Source: Microcoleus sp.
Lineage (GTDB): Bacteria > Cyanobacteriota > Cyanobacteriia > Cyanobacteriales > Microcoleaceae
Reading direction: 5' to 3'
Assembly (NCBI GenBank): GCA_042408215.1
Contig: JAYFMW010000019.1
Coordinates: 60,313-124,312 of the forward strand
Length of the DNA stretch: 64,000 nt
The translations under genes and the position numbers were made by a program. Position 1 is the first letter of the stretch; each line of letters starts with the position of its first letter. Positions 1 through 10,373 of this stretch are shown here, in pieces. Below the pieces are notes generated by a model, which saw only the letters and a program-made list of their open reading frames with translations, was not told the origin of the DNA and did no database searches.

Positions 1-2
1 AT

Positions 3-353
3 GCTCTGGGTGGAGAGAATGCAGAATCGCGAATCAAGTATTTAGAAGACAAACTCAGAATCATCCAAACAAAAGGTGTATCCCACGACCAAATTCACTT
101 TGCTTTAGATCCGGTAGCAGAGTATTTAGCCGCGTTGCATTTGCTAGATATTAACGGCACTGATGAGAGTAAATGGCAAGATTTTTTGAAGGTAGCAGAC
201 TCCCAAAATTCACCAGAAGGAATCAAAGGTTTTATGCTCGCAGTAAAAGATTGCTATCTAGATCAAATTCCCGGTGCAAAAGATACCGACTTTCTGCCAC
301 AACAAATCACATCGCGCTATAATGTAAGTACCGTAGTGCCTGTATCTCCTTAA
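3..353 (+). CDS. 3' end of a larger gene running in from outside the window (possibly a NACHT/HEAT-associated protein)
   Basis: Frame is open from base 3 (ALGGENAESRIKYLEDKLRIIQT...IHFALDPVAEYLAALHLL) and continuous with ORF 135..353. The family guess is weak. Confidence 0.6.
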   Translation, partial: ALGGENAESRIKYLEDKLRIIQTKGVSHDQIHFALDPVAEYLAALHLLDINGTDESKWQDFLKVADSQNSPEGIKGFMLAVKDCYLDQIPGAKDTDFLPQQITSRYNVSTVVPVSP

Positions 354-620
354 TATCAAATCCGTTATACCAATTTAATGGGTCGTTGCAGATATCTCGA
401 TCCCCCTAAATCCCCCTTAAGAAGGGGGACTTTGAGAATAATCTTGTCCCCCCCCCTTGTAGGGGCGGTGCCCCCGTGCCCGCCCTTGGTTAGGGGGTAT
501 CAGACTCTATGCAGCCTCATAAAAAATTTGTATTAGCATGATCGGGCGTAAAATCAAGTCAACAGTCAACAGTCAACAGTCAACAGTCAACAATCATTCC
601 GGTGCAACCGGAATTGATAT
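353..620. repeat. Composite of nested small inverted-repeat elements
   Basis: Outer imperfect IR atatcaaatccgtt / aaccggaattgatat. Inside: the CCCCCTAAATCCCCCTTAAGAAGGGGG element, a GTAGGGGCGG...CCGCCCT REP-like hairpin and heptamer repeats. Confidence 0.6.
557..591. repeat. Heptamer tandem repeat (AGTCAAC)x5
   Basis: Five perfect copies read directly; STRR-type repeat typical of filamentous cyanobacteria. Confidence 0.95.
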
Positions 621-648
621 CACATCTCCCAGGGACAATTGTATAACA

Positions 649-1542
649 ATGTACATACCAGATTCGCAATCTTCCCAAGCAAAAGCGTTGCCGACGATGT
701 ACGATCTACCCAGTGAAGACCCGGAGGACCCAGGCTTGCCTGACGAATATCACCGGTGGCAAGCACAACTTTTGTGCGATAGCTGCCTCCCTTCTAATTA
801 TCCAGCCGATCGCGTATTTTCGGCCAGCGATCTTAATCTATACTACGACTCCAGCCATCCCAATTGGTACAAAAGACCCGATTGGTACTTAGTTGTGGGC
901 GTTTCGAGATTTTACCAAGACAGAGACTTGCGCCAAAGTTACGTGATTTGGGATGAAGCAGTCAATCCTTTAATTGCGATCGAATTTCTGTCGCCCGGTA
1001 CGGAAGATGAAGATTTGGGGCTGACAGCATCGGAACCAAACAAACCGCCGACTAAGTGGCAGGTTTACGAGAGAATTTTGCAGATTCCTTATTACTTTGT
1101 TTTTAGTAAATACAACAACCAATTGAGAGTATTTCGCTTAATTGGCAACCGTTACCGCGAACAAATATTAACAGGTTCTCGATTCTGGATACCGGAAATA
1201 AAGTTGAGTTTGGGTTTGTGGGAAGGTTCTTTCCTACAAAATCAGAGGTTGTGGCTGCGTTGGTATGATATTAATGGCAATTTAGTTCTGACTCCTGAAG
1301 AATTTGAAAGACAGCGAGCGCAATTGGAAAGCCAACGAGCTGAATTGGAAAGTCAACGAGCCGAATTTGAAAGACAGCAAGCTGAAATTGAAAGACAGCA
1401 AGCTGAATCAGAAAGGCAACGAGCCGAATTTGAAAGACAGCAAGCTGAATCAGAAAGGCAACGAGCCCAATCAGAAAGGGAGCGAGCAAATCGTTTAGCC
1501 GATCGCCTCCGAGGGATGGGCATTAATCCAGATGAGTTGTAA
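649..1542 (+). CDS. Uma2 (DUF820) family endonuclease-like protein with a C-terminal ERQRAE heptad coiled coil
   Basis: LPTMYDLPSEDPEDPGLPDEYH, RPDW, IEFLSPGT, KWQVYERILQIPYY motifs; 21-bp repeats at about 1303-1490. Start moved to ATG 649 because 538-620 is repeat DNA. Confidence 0.9.
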   Translation: MYIPDSQSSQAKALPTMYDLPSEDPEDPGLPDEYHRWQAQLLCDSCLPSNYPADRVFSASDLNLYYDSSHPNWYKRPDWYLVVGVSRFYQDRDLRQSYVIWDEAVNPLIAIEFLSPGTEDEDLGLTASEPNKPPTKWQVYERILQIPYYFVFSKYNNQLRVFRLIGNRYREQILTGSRFWIPEIKLSLGLWEGSFLQNQRLWLRWYDINGNLVLTPEEFERQRAQLESQRAELESQRAEFERQQAEIERQQAESERQRAEFERQQAESERQRAQSERERANRLADRLRGMGINPDEL

Positions 1543-1614
1543 AATTAAATAGCAGCATGAAATGGTGCAAGCTGCAAGCGCTGTCCATAAAAATTTATTA
1601 ACAAAAAACTACTT

Positions 1615-3483
1615 ATGCCAGAATCTACCTCACTGCGCGATCGCTACTTAGCCCTCATCGACAAAATTGTCGAAATCACCCTCAAAGGTCAAATTCGCTC
1701 CAAAGAACAAGTTTATCAAATGCTCGTGCAAGACATCGGCACCGGCACCGGCGAAATCTTTGAACGCTGCTTCGGAGAACGCCTGGATGCCACCGAAAAC
1801 CTGCTAAAAAATGAAAAAGACGAAATCAAACAAGCCAAAGCAAATCGCACCCTCAGAGCCCTAAAAACCATCCAAGGAGAATGGGAACGCTGGCAAAAGG
1901 ACAACCGAGTTTCTAGTGCGATCGCATCGGCAATTCAACAAATTATTGCCGCCGAACCTAACAGCCGTCTCCTAGCATTATTGCAAGTAATTGACCCCAA
2001 CAAAGAACTTCCCCTGACTCTCGATCAATTGCAGCAATTAGCAAAAATCCTGCACCAACAAATGCTGCAAACTTCCAATCCTGAAACCGAAAGAGACTTG
2101 CAGCAAATCACCTCCGGGATTGCCAAAGGTTTAGAATCTTGGCAACGACTGGAACCGGAACTCGTGGGCTGGATTTATCAGCCGCAGCAGCTAGGATTTG
2201 CCGGTTCTCCCGAACAAAACGGGCCTTGGGCTTTTTGGGCAAAAAAGGTGAAAAGTCCTTTTGCTCACGCTCTTTTGAATGCCATTGCACTCGGTGAATC
2301 GATCGTTGAATTAGCTGCAAAAACCTCTAATTTAGAGTTGGGCGCTTTGGTAGAATTAGGGATTATTTTGCAGTGTTTGCAGCGGGCTTTGGCGACATGG
2401 TTTGACAAGCAAGTTTATGATTCCAAAGTGTCAACAAAAGCTTCAATTTCTACTTACATTACTTTTTCGGTAATTTGGAGTCAGTTAGCCAGCGGATTTA
2501 ATAATTCTACCAAAAGCGGCGAGCAGTTGGCAAATGCTTGTTTTCAAGTAACGCTGCAAATTTTGCGTGCTTTTTCTCAACGGGAATATTTTCCGCTTTA
2601 CGGCGGGATTTTCGCCTCCTTTGATGGCAAATCTCTGCGGCATACTTTGGAGTATTTAGACGAACCGCTGCGACGGGTAGAAGGTACTCAAGCTAAGGCT
2701 CGAATTCTGACGCTTTTGGGTTATTCGATGGGGGCTATGGGAGCCTACGAACGTGCTATCTTACTGCACAAAGAAGCCCTGGAAATTGCCCGTCTGGAAG
2801 ATGATAAAGCCTGCGAAGTTGCTAATCTCAATCACATCAGCCGTAACTATGTTGCTCAGAAAAACTATCAGGAAGCGATTAATTACAGTCAGCGGGCTTT
2901 AATTATGGCACGACAAGCGGGTGAGCGACAAGGTGAGGCGAATGCTTTGGCTAATTTGGGTTACAGCGAGGTGTTTCAAGCCCGACAGTTGGAGGAGGTG
3001 GAACCGGAGGTTTATGAAAGTGCGATCGGCTATTTGGAGCAAGGTTTGTTGCTGTCGGAAAGGTTGGGCGATCGCCAAAGTCAAGCTTTTTGTTCCAGCA
3101 GTCTGGGAATTGCTAAAATTGCGTTGAAAAATTCTGAAAGTGCGATCGAATATTTGGTCAAAGGTTGGCAAGCGGCCCAATTCTCCGGGGACTTATATTT
3201 GCAAGGTCTGAATTTGGCTTATTTAGCTCAAGCTTATTATAGCATTAATGAGCTAGAAAAAGCTATATTTGCTGGTAGTTTGGGTATGTATACTTTGGAG
3301 CAAATTGGGGCGATGGAGTGGCGTCAATCGGCGGGTTTGCTGACTATTTTGCGGGGACAAATGGGGGCGGAAGCTTTTAAAGAGTCTTTGGCTAAGAGTC
3401 GAGCAAAGATCATTCCGGCGATCGGTGTTGACGGTTACGATTACATCCCGGAATTGTTGGAAAAATATCAGCAATCTATCTAA
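1615..3483 (+). CDS. Tetratricopeptide repeat protein
   Basis: 622 aa; C-terminal TPR helices (EVANLNHIS...YQEAINYSQRAL; EANALANLG). Confidence 0.85.
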   Translation: MPESTSLRDRYLALIDKIVEITLKGQIRSKEQVYQMLVQDIGTGTGEIFERCFGERLDATENLLKNEKDEIKQAKANRTLRALKTIQGEWERWQKDNRVSSAIASAIQQIIAAEPNSRLLALLQVIDPNKELPLTLDQLQQLAKILHQQMLQTSNPETERDLQQITSGIAKGLESWQRLEPELVGWIYQPQQLGFAGSPEQNGPWAFWAKKVKSPFAHALLNAIALGESIVELAAKTSNLELGALVELGIILQCLQRALATWFDKQVYDSKVSTKASISTYITFSVIWSQLASGFNNSTKSGEQLANACFQVTLQILRAFSQREYFPLYGGIFASFDGKSLRHTLEYLDEPLRRVEGTQAKARILTLLGYSMGAMGAYERAILLHKEALEIARLEDDKACEVANLNHISRNYVAQKNYQEAINYSQRALIMARQAGERQGEANALANLGYSEVFQARQLEEVEPEVYESAIGYLEQGLLLSERLGDRQSQAFCSSSLGIAKIALKNSESAIEYLVKGWQAAQFSGDLYLQGLNLAYLAQAYYSINELEKAIFAGSLGMYTLEQIGAMEWRQSAGLLTILRGQMGAEAFKESLAKSRAKIIPAIGVDGYDYIPELLEKYQQSI

Positions 3484-3486
3484 TTA

Positions 3487-3593
3487 GGACTTACGCATGG
3501 GAGCCGAGAAACCGGGTTTTTTACGAAAAGACGCATTGCAGCCCGCAGATTGGGTAAAAAACCCGGTTTCTTTGTCGGAGTGCGTCCAGGACT
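3487..3593. repeat. Dispersed palindromic element AGAAACCGGGTTTTT...AAAAACCCGGTTTCT
   Basis: Inverted arms visible directly; a related copy in the opposite orientation lies at about 38338-38421. Both sit between convergent genes. Confidence 0.8.
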
Positions 3594-3666
3594 GTTAATA
3601 TTAAATCCCGGTTCGTTACCCATTTGATCGATCGCCGGTAATTGATGTTTTTATACTTGCTAACAA

Positions 3667-4302
3667 CTAATGTTCAACTATCACCGGCGTTCCCACTTCT
3701 ACTTTCTCAAATAAAGCTTGTGCGTCTTTGTCAAACATTCTCACACAACCATGAGAAGCCGCCCGCCCGATCGACTCTGGATTCGGAGTACCATGAAAAC
3801 CAATCACATTCTTACCATCCGTCCAAAACCCGATCCACCTAGTCCCCAAAGGATTATCCGGTCCCGCAGGCACAAGTTCCCCCGTCCAAGGATGTTCCCA
3901 AACTGGATCTTTGATCATGTGTGTAATTTTAAAATTGCCTGTAGGAGTTTCCCAGCCGCCTTTTCCCACAGCCACCCGGAAACTAACTTGCACCTTATTT
4001 TGTCGGTAAACATAGACGCGGCGTTCTCCCAATTTCAGCACTAAACGGACTTCTTCAATGGGATTTACCGGAGCCTGTTGTTCCTGCGGAATAAACTGGA
4101 GCGGTTCTCCCAAGGGCGGTAATTCTGGTGCTCCGAGATTCGGCAATTTTGGCTCGGATTTGACTGACTGCGAGGCGATCGCACTATTATTTAAATTAAT
4201 CAAGGTTTCGGCAACAGCGGGCCGTTGTAGATTAATCGGTAGCGTGGCTGCGCTCAAGCTCAGCACAATTAACTTGCTAAACAAAGATTTGCTTTTTACC
4301 AT
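3667..4302 (-). CDS. L,D-transpeptidase (YkuD family)
   Basis: Signal peptide; TPTG, NPLGTRWIGF and IGFHGT...SHGCVRM catalytic His/Cys motif. Confidence 0.95.
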   Translation of the reverse strand: MVKSKSLFSKLIVLSLSAATLPINLQRPAVAETLINLNNSAIASQSVKSEPKLPNLGAPELPPLGEPLQFIPQEQQAPVNPIEEVRLVLKLGERRVYVYRQNKVQVSFRVAVGKGGWETPTGNFKITHMIKDPVWEHPWTGELVPAGPDNPLGTRWIGFWTDGKNVIGFHGTPNPESIGRAASHGCVRMFDKDAQALFEKVEVGTPVIVEH

Positions 4303-4329
4303 TGTTTTGTTGGCTCAACTCCTCGACGG

Positions 4330-4442
4330 GTAGGGACACGGCATAGCCTTGTCCCTACTACAAAATTTAGATCTAATTATCTGCAAGACGCCACCGAAAT
4401 TAAGAGTTTTAAGTAGGGACACTCCAAGAGCCGTGTCCCTAC
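4330..4442. repeat. Two REP-like hairpins GTAGGGACA...TGTCCCTAC
   Basis: Copies at 4330-4358 and 4413-4442; further arms at 10053, 10314 and 31501. Confidence 0.85.
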
Positions 4443-4767
4443 TACTCCACCGAGATCGCGGTGGTGCAGAAAAACTGCCACGGTCGATCGCTAAAACTAA
4501 ATATATCACGGGAACACAACGGGAGGGCGATCGGCTGAAATTGTCGCTTTCTGACACTTGCACAGATACTCCAGCAAGATGATGGATTAAATTTTCCCAG
4601 GGAACTTTTGAGGTACAATTGAGTCTTTAAAGACTTGTTCTATAATCTTTTGTGAAATTGTCAAAAATTTCCTACTCCGGGCATTAAACTGGATTAGGTA
4701 TAAAGGTTGGGAGTTTCGCACAGCGGAAGCAAACCCGACCCTGAATAGCAGTTAATGTGAGGTTTCA

Positions 4768-5277
4768 ATGCGTCTTCAGAACATCAAATTATTGACAGGT
4801 GCTACCCTGTCCGTGCTAATTTCAGCAGTATCAGTGCATCCAGCGATGGCTAACCCTGCAACTCAAATAGCCCAAACGCAGACCACCACAACAGCGAACG
4901 CTGAAAGCATTACGGGTATTGTCAAAAGTATTGTCGGCGACATCATCACAATTAGCCCAGAAAATTCGCGGTACAGGACTCTCAGGATTCAAAAATGCGT
5001 CCTGAAAATTATCGGCTTAGTACCGGGAATGAAAGTCAAAGCCACCGTAGCCGGAGGCTCGAAGGTGGAAAGTATCATGGTGATCTCCAACGTTAAGGTG
5101 GTATCAACAGCCGTTGAGCGTCGGGTAGTTACTCCCATTCCAGCACCAGCACCAGCACCAGCACCGCGTCCGGCTCCCCGTCCGGCTCCCCTTCCCCGCG
5201 TCCAACCGCCAGCTCCCGCCCCCCGTCCGATTCCGGCTCCCCGTCCGGCTCCGCGTCCTGTGAGAGGACTTTGGTAG
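4768..5277 (+). CDS. Exported protein with a Pro/Ala/Arg-rich tail ending RPVRGLW
   Basis: RBS GAGG, signal peptide, small beta-rich domain, PAPR repeats; followed by a terminator. Confidence 0.8.
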   Translation: MRLQNIKLLTGATLSVLISAVSVHPAMANPATQIAQTQTTTTANAESITGIVKSIVGDIITISPENSRYRTLRIQKCVLKIIGLVPGMKVKATVAGGSKVESIMVISNVKVVSTAVERRVVTPIPAPAPAPAPRPAPRPAPLPRVQPPAPAPRPIPAPRPAPRPVRGLW

Positions 5278-5299
5278 AGTTAGCTTTGTAGATGGAATT

Positions 5300-5332
5300 A
5301 AGCCACCGCCCATCGCGGTGGCTTCGCTTTTT
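5300..5332 (+). terminator. Intrinsic terminator
   Basis: AAGCCACCGC-ccatc-GCGGTGGCTT stem followed by a T run. Confidence 0.8.
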
Positions 5333-5370
5333 CACGGAAATTGATGGTTGAGAAATTGCTGCTATGTATT

Positions 5371-5437
5371 CCTGATGGGAGTTTGTTGTTTACTGAGGAG
5401 GCCAATAACCGGATCGATCGCGTTCAGGTATCGGGGG
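5371..5437 (+). pseudogene. C-terminal scrap resembling a PQQ-dependent sugar/sorbosone dehydrogenase
   Basis: Translates PDGSLLFTEEANNRIDRVQ, which resembles the end of that family as I recall it; no upstream gene body. Confidence 0.4.
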
Positions 5438-5727
5438 TGAGCAAAGGGCGATCTACGATCGGGAATTGTAGCTGCGGCTAAGGGTGGGGATCAATAGTAG
5501 GAGCGAGTTAAGCGAGTTAACCGTTTTACCCACGCGCTTTACCAAACTCAGCCAACTTCGACCGAACCAAAAATCTCAAACTTCATTCATTTGCAATCTA
5601 GTCTACGATTGATTATTCATTGCATTTTTTGTATTTGTAGTTGCACAAATAACCCTAAGAGCGCAACTACAAACCGCAGCAATTAGTGATTAGCATTATT
5701 GACTTAGTAAATCCTGTAGCGCGGTGC

Positions 5728-6102
5728 TTAATGTGATGCACTAGCCAACAATTTGTCCCAAGTTTCTGTCCCCACAACTCCGTCTGCACGAAGCTTTGTT
5801 TGTCGCTGAAATTTCTTCACGGCTGTGAGAGTTGTCGATCCGAATACGCCATCAAGTACGATCGGCTCTGGGCACAAACCTCGCGCGTTCAACAATTTTT
5901 GCAGCCTCTTGACATCTTCTCCTCTCGCTCCGTGTTTTAAAATCCTTTGATGCGGTTTATGGGGGTTTCTTTCGGGTTCATGGCAATCATTCGTGAGACA
6001 AACTGCGTCCCCGCCCGATGCAAAGTTTACTCCACCTATGCCAGTCAAAACTAAGAGGGCTAGAAGTGCTAGTAAATAAGAAAAAGTCTGTTGTCCAACC
6101 AT
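5728..6102 (-). CDS. Exported peptidoglycan-binding domain protein
   Basis: Start MVGQQTFSYLLALLALL (hydrophobic); ILKHGARGEDVKRLQKLL...DGVFGSTTLTAVKKFQ...DGVVGTETW matches PG_binding_1. Confidence 0.88.
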   Translation of the reverse strand: MVGQQTFSYLLALLALLVLTGIGGVNFASGGDAVCLTNDCHEPERNPHKPHQRILKHGARGEDVKRLQKLLNARGLCPEPIVLDGVFGSTTLTAVKKFQRQTKLRADGVVGTETWDKLLASASH

Positions 6103-6234
6103 AGTTTCCCTGTTAATTTTCTCAAGCGTATTTTGCGTGTTTGACGATCGTGTTTGAGAGTTAGAAACCGGATTTCTGGGATGGAGGCATCTAATCTCAA
6201 GCAACCGGGTTTCTGGCAACAGCCACCAGATATT

Positions 6235-6829
6235 GTACAATATAAGTGGTCTTACCGCAAAATCTCCGATCGTGCAAGTTAAATTTTGTTGCTCTTTGGT
6301 AGCCACAAAGCCAACAATTACTTCGCCAGCAACTGCAACTCTCAGGATCACCAAGTTTCTCGCCAACGGGTAATCGCAAACGCGATCGTTTGCCGGTGAG
6401 GGAACGCGATAGTGTTCGTTCCAAATTATTTCGGAGTAATCGGCGGCTAATCCGACGTGGAGGCCGGTAACTGAGGCACTTGCACTGTAATCCTTGAGCG
6501 CTTGTCGCACTGTTGTCAAAAGTATCGACGATCGCGGTGCTGTTGGCAAGTAGTCGATCGACATTTGCCGTTGTCAATTCTTTTGAGTGTGCGTCTATTA
6601 TTTTGACTCCCAAAGCGCCCTATAGGTTGTTGGCGATAATTTTGGCTTTGAATGCGCCGACATCCGATCGATCCTAGGGTTGGGTGGACAGGTTGCGTTC
6701 TTCGATGCGATCGCGATCGACTACTGTTAATTGACCAAATCCCGATCGGGCCAGACTTTCTGTATTCGCACCCAAAGCGCCGGCGCCACATACAGTTACG
6801 GGCAAGTTTTTGATCGGTGACATCACTGA
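6235..6829 (-). pseudogene. ThiF/MoeB/E1-like adenylyltransferase pseudogene
   Basis: VTVCGAGALGAN, LTVVDRDRIEERNLSTQP, KAKIIANNL, IVDTFDN, LHVGLAADYSEIIWN, VCDYPLARN. In-frame TAG stops at 6674-6676 and 6620-6622, a frameshift near 6510, 5' end missing. Confidence 0.85.
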
Positions 6830-6978
6830 GGGCAAATTTTATTTGACAAATAAATGTCAATTTTACTTATAGCGATCGCCACGCCAACACAGCGATCAGA
6901 AATATTGACATCGATCGAGATGCTAATTTAATATTGTTTAAGCACCCAAATTTCACTCTGTAAAGGTAGGGAGTAAAT

Positions 6979-7371
6979 ATGTTACAAAAGCTCTTTTCTA
7001 AGTTGCTTGTAGCGACAGTTCTGACCCTTCCAATCTTGGTATCATCCCAGACAGCTCAAGCTCAGAATAGACATGGAGCTACTGCTTATTCTCCCACTTC
7101 TGATGCCACCGGTATCAGTTGGGACCATGCTACAGAAAAAGAAGCATTAGACGCAGCAGTAGCCGCCTGCAATCAAGAAACTAGAGGGGCGAAAGACTGC
7201 TCACCGCTGACATCAAATAGCAATAATTGTGGAGCGATCGCAGTAGGTAAAGGAGGCGCTGGTGCGGGTTGGGGTGATGATAAAGGAGCCGCAGAAGCTC
7301 AAGCTCTCGCAGGTTGTAGCGAATTAGAAGGAGGAAACTGTAAAGTTAAACTTTCAGCCTGTAACAAATAA
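6979..7371 (+). CDS. Secreted DUF4189-like protein
   Basis: Signal peptide; GATAYS...A..AC...C...CGAIA...A...AL..C...C pattern. Confidence 0.8.
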   Translation: MLQKLFSKLLVATVLTLPILVSSQTAQAQNRHGATAYSPTSDATGISWDHATEKEALDAAVAACNQETRGAKDCSPLTSNSNNCGAIAVGKGGAGAGWGDDKGAAEAQALAGCSELEGGNCKVKLSACNK

Positions 7372-7520
7372 TTTAACGGATAAATAGCGAGCGATAGGTG
7401 TACATATCTGGTCATAAAACTGTTGAAAAAAGAGTGAAATTTGATGAATTTTAAATTCACTCTTTTCTCGGCTTTAGGAATTGTAATTGCATCTTTAAAT
7501 GTCGGTGCGCCATCAGCACC

Positions 7521-7856
7521 TTACCCCGGATAATCTCCCATTTCAAAAGTAACGGCATCCGGTTTGAGCAAACTTTCCAATCTATCTTTGGACCAATATT
7601 CAGTTGGATAAGCGACTGCAATAATATCTGAAAGTCGAATCAGCCAAGTGACTTGTCCGTAAGAATCGTTATTTTCCCCCTGTTCGCTAGGCGAAACTAT
7701 TACCAGAATTTCCGCAAACTCCCCGGACAAATTAATCGGGATGCCGCCGAAACTGCTATTATTTGTTTTCATCCAAACTTTACTGCCTCGATCGAGAGCT
7801 TCTTGCAGTCGTTGGGAGAGCAAACAGGATTTTTTGACCTTAGACTTTTTTCCCAT
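7521..7856 (-). CDS. Hypothetical protein
   Basis: 111-aa ATG ORF with protein-like composition; no motif recognised. Confidence 0.65.
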   Translation of the reverse strand: MGKKSKVKKSCLLSQRLQEALDRGSKVWMKTNNSSFGGIPINLSGEFAEILVIVSPSEQGENNDSYGQVTWLIRLSDIIAVAYPTEYWSKDRLESLLKPDAVTFEMGDYPG

Positions 7857-8132
7857 AGTTCAAGCTCAAGTAGTTGTACTGTGTGTTAAGATCCAGGGCG
7901 ATCGCATTTTTACTCACTCAACGGACAAAAGCAAAAATGGCGATCGAACTCGCTGCTCCTTACTCTACTGTATAAGAAATTGACCGAGTGCGATCGGTAT
8001 AAAAATTTAATTACCAAACAGCGAAATCGCCTAAGCCGTGTTAATTTATCAGCTTCCTCAGATATCCCTGTTCCTTTCGCGCTCAAATCCAGTATAATTG
8101 GCTGCATCTTCCCCAATCGTTTAAGCAAAAAA

Positions 8133-8411
8133 ATGGACTGGCGACAGCATATTAATTTTGGGACAAAAAAAATAGCCAGCAAACCCGCTGTTCCAGAAAC
8201 TCGGTTATCTGTAGAATTTTTGCTAGGGCTGTTTGCTGCGGGATGGACTGAAAAACAGGTGTTAGAGAAATATCCTGAACTCACTTCGTCCAAGTTGTGT
8301 GCAGTTTTAGCTACTGCGGATTCAGGGTTAGTTTCATCTATCGCAAATCCTGAGTTACTAGAAATGATCGATAGAACGAGAGAAGAAGTTAAAATAGGGA
8401 AAAACTGGTAA
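8133..8411 (+). CDS. DUF433 antitoxin-like protein, degenerate or chimeric
   Basis: MDWRQHI...KPAVPETRLSVEFLLGLFAAGWTEKQVLEKYPELT matches DUF433; start ATG 8133. Confidence 0.75.
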   Translation: MDWRQHINFGTKKIASKPAVPETRLSVEFLLGLFAAGWTEKQVLEKYPELTSSKLCAVLATADSGLVSSIANPELLEMIDRTREEVKIGKNW

Positions 8412-8421
8412 AATTAAAACT

Positions 8422-8799
8422 TCAATTCTCCTCTTGCTCACTTGAATCTATTTCCCTTGGTCTAGTCAAAAGTGCTAACCCTGCGAGAATCTGTCGGACT
8501 CGTTTCCGAGACAATTTGCCAATTTTATCTGTCAACAAAGCCTTATCTACTGTAAAAACTTGAGACACATTCACTACGCTTTGTTCTGCTAGATCAGCTT
8601 CTCCTGCTTCAAGCAATACATTACCTATCGCCCTAGCTCGTCTGAGATTAGTAGTCAATGCACAAACAATAACAGTTCTGATTTGAGAACTGTTCAGGAC
8701 ATCGTTTTGAATCACTACATAAGGACGAATATAACCAGGTTCCGAACCGATAGGCTGTCCCAAATCTATCCAGTAGATATCTCCCTGACAAATTACCAT
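8422..8799 (-). CDS. Type II TA toxin, PemK/MazF family
   Basis: QGDIYWIDL...GSEPGYIRPYVVIQND...TVIVCALTT...VNVSQVFTVDK. Confidence 0.95.
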   Translation of the reverse strand: MVICQGDIYWIDLGQPIGSEPGYIRPYVVIQNDVLNSSQIRTVIVCALTTNLRRARAIGNVLLEAGEADLAEQSVVNVSQVFTVDKALLTDKIGKLSRKRVRQILAGLALLTRPREIDSSEQEEN

Positions 8800-9248
8800 T
8801 CTGTTTCTGTGAATTGTCGCTGATGCTGACGCATTCCCTCTAGCATAGCTTGCTCTGAGGGATCTAGTCCATCTGCATAAGCATCATTGATACTGTCTAG
8901 CAGTTGTCGATCGCGATCGCTTTGTAAACAGTCACTAGCGTTCACTACCTCATTTTCAGTATCATCCTCTTCATCAATCCCAAATTTTTGGCAAATTTCA
9001 TCGATTTCTTGAGGTTGAACAACTCTTGCTTTAGCTCTTTTTAATGCTGTCAACAAAGGAGTTGTATTGGTCGAGGCTCGCAGCAAATAAAGCGTTTCTA
9101 GCAAATTTTCTAATTCTGTCTCAGAAATCAAAACCGCATTTTTGCCGTGAGATATATTAATAACTATTACTTCCCCTGTTTCAACAGCGCGATCGCATAG
9201 GTTTTCTAAATTTGCTTCAGCTTCAGTGTATGTAATCTCAGTTAACAT
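8793..9248 (-). CDS. Type II antitoxin: Phd/YefM N-terminus with an extra C-terminal segment
   Basis: TYTEAEANLENLCDRAVETGEVIVI...AVLISETELENLLETLYLL is Phd/YefM-like; overlaps the toxin start. Confidence 0.85.
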   Translation of the reverse strand: MLTEITYTEAEANLENLCDRAVETGEVIVINISHGKNAVLISETELENLLETLYLLRASTNTTPLLTALKRAKARVVQPQEIDEICQKFGIDEEDDTENEVVNASDCLQSDRDRQLLDSINDAYADGLDPSEQAMLEGMRQHQRQFTETEW

Positions 9249-9309
9249 ACAATTCTAACTCCCACTAACTTTGCGAGCATTGCTCGCCAGCTTAACTGAC
9301 GAGCCCTAG

Positions 9310-9835
<526 letters not shown>

Positions 9836-10002
9836 AATTGAATTCTACTTCCTCACTACTTTCGCATCTAAAACTTAGGAAAAAATATCTTCGCGCCCCT
9901 TGACAAATATGAAGTGTTACGCTGAAAAAAGTAGGTTTTTTTGGATGTTTTTTTTGACCGCAGATGTAAGCAGATAAACACAGATGAACGCTGATGGATT
10001 TT

Positions 10003-10354
10003 TACAGCGGAAACCGCTGTTATGAGGTACACCCACTTATCGTTCAATCCTCGTAGGGACACTCAAGCGTGCCCATTGGTGTCAACTTAAGCCTAAAACC
10101 ATTGAGAAATCTCGCTTTTACGCCAAGTCGAGATCCCCCTAAATCCCCCTTAAGAAGGGAGTAGGGTGTGAGTAGGGGTTGACTTTGATCGGATTCTTGT
10201 CCCCCCCTTCTTAAGGGGGAGTAGGGGGCAAGAATGCGGGGGGATCTAAGTTTAATAGTCAAACCGCAGTCTGTGACTGGGTTAGAAGTTAAGTTGACAC
10301 CAATTGGCTCCTGGAGTGTCCCTACCGTGTTTCATAACAGCGGGAACTGCTGTA
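10003..10354. mobile_element. Four-layer nested MITE/REP-like structure
   Basis: IR pairs 10014-10025/10332-10343, 10053-10064/10314-10325, 10075-10090/10289-10304 and 10147-10159/10205-10217. Confidence 0.85.
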
Positions 10355-10373
10355 GTAAAGCGTTTTGACAGTG

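Noticed and set aside
538..648. N-terminal extension of the Uma2 ORF
   Set aside because: It translates heptamer and IR repeat DNA (STVNSQQSTVN).
5728..6564. 278-aa ORF as a real ThiF/PG-binding fusion
   Set aside because: Its 5' half is the tail of a ThiF pseudogene that lost its stop; the PG-binding gene has its own hydrophobic N-terminus from 6102.
10337..10353. Hairpin as part of the YrlA-like RNA
   Set aside because: It pairs with 10004-10025 as the terminal IR of a MITE-like element, and a related hairpin recurs at 13698-13714.
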